DNA of 64,000 bases from NCBI GenBank assembly GCA_965218095.1, contig OZ244587.1:5280001-5344000 (forward strand). The letters are read 5' to 3'. The notes under the pieces are model-generated. The model did not search any database and was not told the DNA's origin. It saw nothing but the letters and a program-made list of their open reading frames with translations. Shown here one piece after another: positions 59,299 to 64,000 of the stretch (its first letter is position 1; the number at the start of each line of letters is the position of its first letter). Origin of the DNA: Candidatus Poribacteria bacterium. Lineage in GTDB: Bacteria > Poribacteria > WGA-4E > PCPOR2b. Both the position numbers and the translations under genes were made by a program.

Positions 59299-60276
59299 AT
59301 GTCCAAGATCAAACTTCGTCCCACCCGTGAGGATACAATCACTGCTGCTCGCATCATTGCCGAACATTTTGAAGCCTCGCCCTTGAAAGCAGAGAAAGCA
59401 TTCGGCGAGTTCCTGAATGCCAGTGTGTTTGTAAAGTACGAATTTCTGAATCCGGTCAGATCGTTCAAAATTCGGGGCGCGTTTAATTTAGCCTATGCGC
59501 TTGCTCGCAGTGGAGATGTTTCGAGAGTCATCACCGTTTCGACGGGGAATCATGGCGCCGCTATGGCGTATGCCTGCCAGCGATACAACATTCCGCTCAC
59601 AGTTGGTGTCCCCGTCAACTGCGATCAGAGCAAAGTCGAATTGATCCGTCAATTAGGTGGGGAGTTGGAATTCCTCGGGCGTGACCTGGACCAAACCAAG
59701 GAACTGCTGCAAGGACGCCTGCTCTCACCTGACACTGTTTTTATCGAAGATGGTTCCTGCCCAGAAATCGTCGCCGGCACCTCAACGATTGGGTGGGAAA
59801 TTGTTCAGGATCTACCGGAGGCGGAAATTGTCATCGTCCCGGTGGCGAACGGCGCATTAATCGGCGGAATTGGAACGGTACTTAAGGAGTTTAACCCATC
59901 AATCCAGGTGATTGGCGTCCAATCAGATCTCGCGTCTTGTATGGCGCTGTCGTTTCAAGCGGGTCACGCCGTGAATACAGAAAGCTGTGACACTTTTGCC
60001 AGCGGTATAGCGGTGAGAGTCTCAATTCCAGAGGCAGTGGATCTGATGCTGGAAGTGGTAGACGAGATGCTCTTAGTTTCTGAGACGGATTTGAAACAGG
60101 CGATGGGCGCCTTCTATCGTTACACTGGACATTTGCCTGAAGGCGCCGGCGCAGCCCCTTTAGCCGCAGTGCTGAATATACGAGCCGCACTTAAGAATAA
60201 GACCGTCTGTTTGATTGCTTCAGGGGCAAATGTAGATAAGGTATTGCAACAGGAAATCAGGGTAAATTTCGTGTGA
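59299..60276 (+). CDS. PLP-dependent Thr/Ser dehydratase-family enzyme
   Basis: SFKIRGA, STGNHG, PVANGALIGG, EGAGA and SGAN motifs. Confidence 0.92.
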   Translation: MSKIKLRPTREDTITAARIIAEHFEASPLKAEKAFGEFLNASVFVKYEFLNPVRSFKIRGAFNLAYALARSGDVSRVITVSTGNHGAAMAYACQRYNIPLTVGVPVNCDQSKVELIRQLGGELEFLGRDLDQTKELLQGRLLSPDTVFIEDGSCPEIVAGTSTIGWEIVQDLPEAEIVIVPVANGALIGGIGTVLKEFNPSIQVIGVQSDLASCMALSFQAGHAVNTESCDTFASGIAVRVSIPEAVDLMLEVVDEMLLVSETDLKQAMGAFYRYTGHLPEGAGAAPLAAVLNIRAALKNKTVCLIASGANVDKVLQQEIRVNFV

Positions 60277-60308
60277 ACCTTGCGAAGGTTTGAAACCTTC
60301 GCAAGGTT
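60276..60308. repeat. Palindromic REP-like hairpin
   Basis: AACCTTGCGAAGGTTT-G-AAACCTTCGCAAGGTT. Confidence 0.8.
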
Positions 60309-60325
60309 GCGCAAGGAGGAAAATC

Positions 60326-61123
60326 ATGTCAGATTTCAAAGATAAAGTTGTAATCGTCACCGGCGGCGCCAACGGCATCGGCCGGGGTATTTCTACCGCT
60401 TTTGCCCGGGAGGGTGCTCAAGTCCTGTGTGCGGATATGGACGAAGCGGCAGGCGCACAGCTTGCTAGCGAATCCGGACAGATGGCTGGTACTATCCGAT
60501 TCCAGCGGGCGGATGTTGCCCACAGCAGCGAATGCCAGGGGGTAGTCGAGACAGTCGTGTCAGAATGGGGCGGGGTGGATATCCTCTGCAACAATGTCGG
60601 TATCCAGCCCGCGAGTAGTTATTTGCCTGCCCACGAATTCCCAGAAGAAATGTGGGATCGCATCATTGATGTGAATCTCAAGAGTTTCTTCCTGATGAGC
60701 AAATTCTGCATTCCAGAAATGAAGAAGCGGGGGGGCGGGGTGATCATCAACACAGCCAGCGTCCAGGGACTCCAGTCGATGAAAGGGGTATCGGCTTACG
60801 CAGCCAGCAAGGGCGGCGCCCTCTCCCTGACCCGTCAGTTGGCCCTGGAGTACGGCGAAGACAATATTCGGGTGCTGGCGGTCAATCCCGGTACAATTGA
60901 CACGCCGTTAGTGGCTGAAGCGGTGGACTTCATGGGCGGCGACTTGGAGAGCCTCAAAAAATTATGGGGTAAGGCGCACCCAATCGGCCGCATTGGTCAG
61001 CCCGAAGAAATCGCCAATGTTGTTCTCTTCCTAGCCAGTGACAAAGCCTCCTTCATGACCGGCGAGTACGTCTGCGTAGACGGCGGCATGATGGCAAAAG
61101 GCGCCTGGGCGGATAGCGAGTAG
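60326..61123 (+). CDS. Short-chain dehydrogenase/reductase
   Basis: TGGANGIG, NNVG, YAASK and NPGTIDT motifs. Confidence 0.96.
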   Translation: MSDFKDKVVIVTGGANGIGRGISTAFAREGAQVLCADMDEAAGAQLASESGQMAGTIRFQRADVAHSSECQGVVETVVSEWGGVDILCNNVGIQPASSYLPAHEFPEEMWDRIIDVNLKSFFLMSKFCIPEMKKRGGGVIINTASVQGLQSMKGVSAYAASKGGALSLTRQLALEYGEDNIRVLAVNPGTIDTPLVAEAVDFMGGDLESLKKLWGKAHPIGRIGQPEEIANVVLFLASDKASFMTGEYVCVDGGMMAKGAWADSE

Positions 61124-61491
61124 ATCCGATGCGACAGGATCATACTCGCATCGGCCATAAATTGGGATTTCATCATGGCTTAGAGCCTATGAATCCGCAT
61201 AGAGTGTTCTATATTACGATGGTTCCGAGTTTTTAGATAGACTCTTAGTTCAAGTTTGGAAGGGAAGGAAGAAACAGAAGGCGTTTCGCTCCTTTCTTCC
61301 CTATTTAAGTGATTTTCAGTATTAAACTATACATTTCGTTTGTAGTAGCGCAATTCATTGCGCGTTTGGGATGGCGATGAATCATCCTGCTACACGGGAT
61401 CTCGCTACGCTAGAGACCTCACTACAAACCATTACTTTTTTTTTGAAAATTACTTAACTCTCTGTTTCCGTAGATTAGTGAGAGGAAAATC

Positions 61492-62427
61492 TTGATCGTC
61501 CTTAGCAGCATTAATGGAAAGATAGGCATCTCGACAGCAATGAATGCCCTGAAGGCAGGCGGAGACGCCCTGGATGCTGTAGAAGCAGGAACCCGTGATG
61601 TTGAACGCAACACTGCTGACCAAACCGTTGGTTCAGGAGGGCTGCCGAATATACTCGGAGAAGTTCGACTTGACGCCGCCATCATGGATGGACGCACCCT
61701 ACGAGCTGGCGGTGTCGGTTCGGTGCAGGGATGCGTTCATGTGATTACGCTTGCCCGGCGCGTTATGGAGGAGAGCCCGCATGTCTTCCTTGTTGGGGAT
61801 GGGGCGGAACGCTTCGCACAGGAAATGGGGTTGATGCGCGAAGAACTCTTGACCCCTGAGGCAGAGGACAAGTGGCGTCAGGGACTGCTGCGCCGTTATC
61901 CGGATCTGGATGTCTCAAAACTGGCTGAGGGTAAGAACTTGCGGGATATAGTGAGGTACTTGAACCAACCGATGGCGGGTTGGAAACCGGCTGAACCACA
62001 CGGCACCGTTAACTTCATCGCCCAGGATGGTGACGGCAATGTGGCAACAGCAGTCAGCACAAGCGGCTGGCCCTGGAGCTATCCGGGACGTCTGGGGGAT
62101 TCTCCTGTGATTGGCGCTGGCGGATATGCTGACAACCGATGGGGCGCCGCCGCTTCGACAGGTACAGGCGAAGTTGTGCTGCGCACTTCCGCCACGCGCA
62201 GCATCATCCTTTATATGAAGATGGGTATGACCGTTGGCCAAGCGGCAGAAGAAGCACTCAAGGATCTGCGCGATTTGCAAGATCCCCTTGTCGATCACAT
62301 TGCAATTATTGCGCTGAATCGCGCCGGCGAGCATGTCGGTTACTCACATCGTCCCAATGAACGATATGTCTATATGACAAACACAATGAGCGAGCCAGCT
62401 AAGGTTGATATGGTGCAGATGCCTTAG
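61492..62427 (+). CDS. Type 2 asparaginase / glycosylasparaginase (Ntn hydrolase)
   Basis: VGSGGLPN, LDAAIMDG, HGTV, STSG, GRLGDSP and TGTGE motifs. Confidence 0.92.
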   Translation: MIVLSSINGKIGISTAMNALKAGGDALDAVEAGTRDVERNTADQTVGSGGLPNILGEVRLDAAIMDGRTLRAGGVGSVQGCVHVITLARRVMEESPHVFLVGDGAERFAQEMGLMREELLTPEAEDKWRQGLLRRYPDLDVSKLAEGKNLRDIVRYLNQPMAGWKPAEPHGTVNFIAQDGDGNVATAVSTSGWPWSYPGRLGDSPVIGAGGYADNRWGAAASTGTGEVVLRTSATRSIILYMKMGMTVGQAAEEALKDLRDLQDPLVDHIAIIALNRAGEHVGYSHRPNERYVYMTNTMSEPAKVDMVQMP

Positions 62428-62469
62428 CGTCTCCCGCTTGCGGCTGTGCATTCACAGGAGACATCCAAA

Positions 62470-63465
62470 ATGAGCCGTTCTCAGATGTTGACCAACGCAG
62501 TAGCCGAAGAACAGGCGTGGCGGGCGGGTACCATTGATGATACTGCATCCTGGCGCTACTCCCTGTCCGAAGATTGCCTCTCTGTTTTTGATGCGTTTGT
62601 TCAGGAACTGCGGCGCTATTCCCGACCGATTACTGAGATTCAGATTCAGAAATCATCATTCGACGCCCCTGGTCTTCGATCGGGGATTTCGCTTCGCGCG
62701 ATTTGCGGTGAGTGCCTTCAACCTGTGCTTGATGCCCTTAACTCGGGGCGGGGTTTTGCCATCCTTGAGCGAGTACCTCTGGAGCGGTTTACTTCTGAAG
62801 AGGCGCGGGCAGTGTACTGGGTGATTGGTCAGCTCCTTGGGCTTCCCTTTGAGCAAGATATTAAAGGCACCCTGCTGTACGATGTGCGAGATACCGGTCA
62901 GGATGTGGCTCGGGGAGCTCGCTTTTCCGTGACCAACGCCGAGAGCTCCTTTCATAACGACCATTCCTTTGGCGATCCGGTTCCCGACCTTGTGGGGCTG
63001 CTCTGCCTGCGCACGGCGAAATCGGGTGGACAGAGCCAGCTTATCACCGCATACACGCTCCACAATGAACTGCTGGGAAATCATCCTGATATACTCGAAA
63101 CTCTCTATCAGCCATTTTATTTCGATCGTCGGGGTCAGTTCAAAGCGGGGGAGTCACCGACTTTTCAAGCCCCAATCTTCCAATGGGATAGGCAGGAACT
63201 GACCATTCGCTATTTGCACTACTACATCCAGGCCGGCCACGAGCGGGCTGGTAAAGCGTTGACCCCGGATCAGGAAAGGGTCCTGAGCGTTATGGAATCG
63301 CTGCTGCGTCGTCCAGATTTCAGGGTGGAGTTTAGCTTAAAACCCGGGCAGATGCTTTTCACCAACAACCGGTGGGTGCTTCACAATCGTACTGCATTTG
63401 AGGATTATCCCGACCCGGAACGTCGTCGCCATTATGTGCGACTCTGGTTAAGTAAAGCCCGATGA
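62470..63465 (+). CDS. TauD/TfdA-family Fe(II)/2-oxoglutarate dioxygenase
   Basis: FHND, GLLCLR..GG.S, NNRWVLHNRTAF and R.W motifs. Confidence 0.92.
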   Translation: MSRSQMLTNAVAEEQAWRAGTIDDTASWRYSLSEDCLSVFDAFVQELRRYSRPITEIQIQKSSFDAPGLRSGISLRAICGECLQPVLDALNSGRGFAILERVPLERFTSEEARAVYWVIGQLLGLPFEQDIKGTLLYDVRDTGQDVARGARFSVTNAESSFHNDHSFGDPVPDLVGLLCLRTAKSGGQSQLITAYTLHNELLGNHPDILETLYQPFYFDRRGQFKAGESPTFQAPIFQWDRQELTIRYLHYYIQAGHERAGKALTPDQERVLSVMESLLRRPDFRVEFSLKPGQMLFTNNRWVLHNRTAFEDYPDPERRRHYVRLWLSKAR

Positions 63466-63560
63466 ATTGGGATACAAGCACCTGTCCGATTCTCGGACGA
63501 GCACTGTTGCTCTACTATACGAATCAATTCAACTCAACAAAAGCAAAGGAGGATTTTGAC

Positions 63561-63983
63561 ATGAGCACCTTACTTCACGTCGGAGTGCGCGCTTCCAACC
63601 TTGAGCAATCGATCCGTTTCTGGCAAGATGGCTTAGGGCTGCGAGTGGCAAAGCGGCGCGAAAACCGCTACGACCTCACAGATGGCTATCACAACTTCGC
63701 TGTCTTCCAACACCAGGGCGAACCACGTCCCCCGCATCTGGGCGGAATACTTGATTACCTGCATATCGGCGTCGGTGTGCCAGACGTAACTGTGGCTGCC
63801 AAACGGCTACGAGAGATGGGTTATGAGATCTTCTCCGATGGCTTGGGTGGTAAACAGCCACTAGATCCGGATAATCTCCAGGAACCGGCTTTCAAGGTGG
63901 AAGACCCGGATGGCATTACCGTTGATGTCAACGAAACTGACATGGCGTGGCCGGGTACGACCCTGCATCCTAACTCTCAGTAA
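63561..63983 (+). CDS. VOC/glyoxalase-family protein
   Basis: LHVGVR..LEQSIRFW..LG, HIGVGV.D and EDPDG; GGAGG RBS. Confidence 0.88.
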   Translation: MSTLLHVGVRASNLEQSIRFWQDGLGLRVAKRRENRYDLTDGYHNFAVFQHQGEPRPPHLGGILDYLHIGVGVPDVTVAAKRLREMGYEIFSDGLGGKQPLDPDNLQEPAFKVEDPDGITVDVNETDMAWPGTTLHPNSQ

Positions 63984-64000
63984 TTGGTGAGTGGTAGAGT

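Overview
This is a 64 kb bacterial window. The gene content (a trypsin-TPR protease, FlgD-Ig-type C-terminal domains, a PorV-like barrel, many REP-like palindromes) suggests a Candidatus Poribacteria-like organism, which is inference only. Housekeeping genes (minD, minE, alr, rph, rdgB, nfi, an FNR) are interleaved with IS982, IS5, IS3, an IS605/tnpB relic and two identical DDE IS copies. Two regions stand out. (1) 14.2-26.9 kb is an operon-like cluster: a 2462-aa LysM / Ca-repeat / degenerate-M28 / MacB-FtsX fusion, a 55-aa membrane protein, an OPT-like transporter, a duplicated-domain protein, a PqqD/RRE-like protein and an ABC ATPase. No RiPP-modifying enzymes are present, so it looks like an uncharacterised peptide capture and transport system. 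(2) 37.6-56.7 kb is a minus-strand defence island in which a Type IIG-like methyltransferase and a PLD-SNF2 helicase bracket about ten cargo genes. The cargo block has its own consensus promoter, and partial copies of one ~200 bp spacer unit recur between cargo genes, suggesting a recombination-built cassette array. Also present are a KpnI-like HNH restriction-modification pair, REP palindromes inside protein-coding genes and a catabolic enzyme cluster at the right end. No rRNA, tRNA or CRISPR array was seen. Family assignments come from motif recognition; no database search was run.
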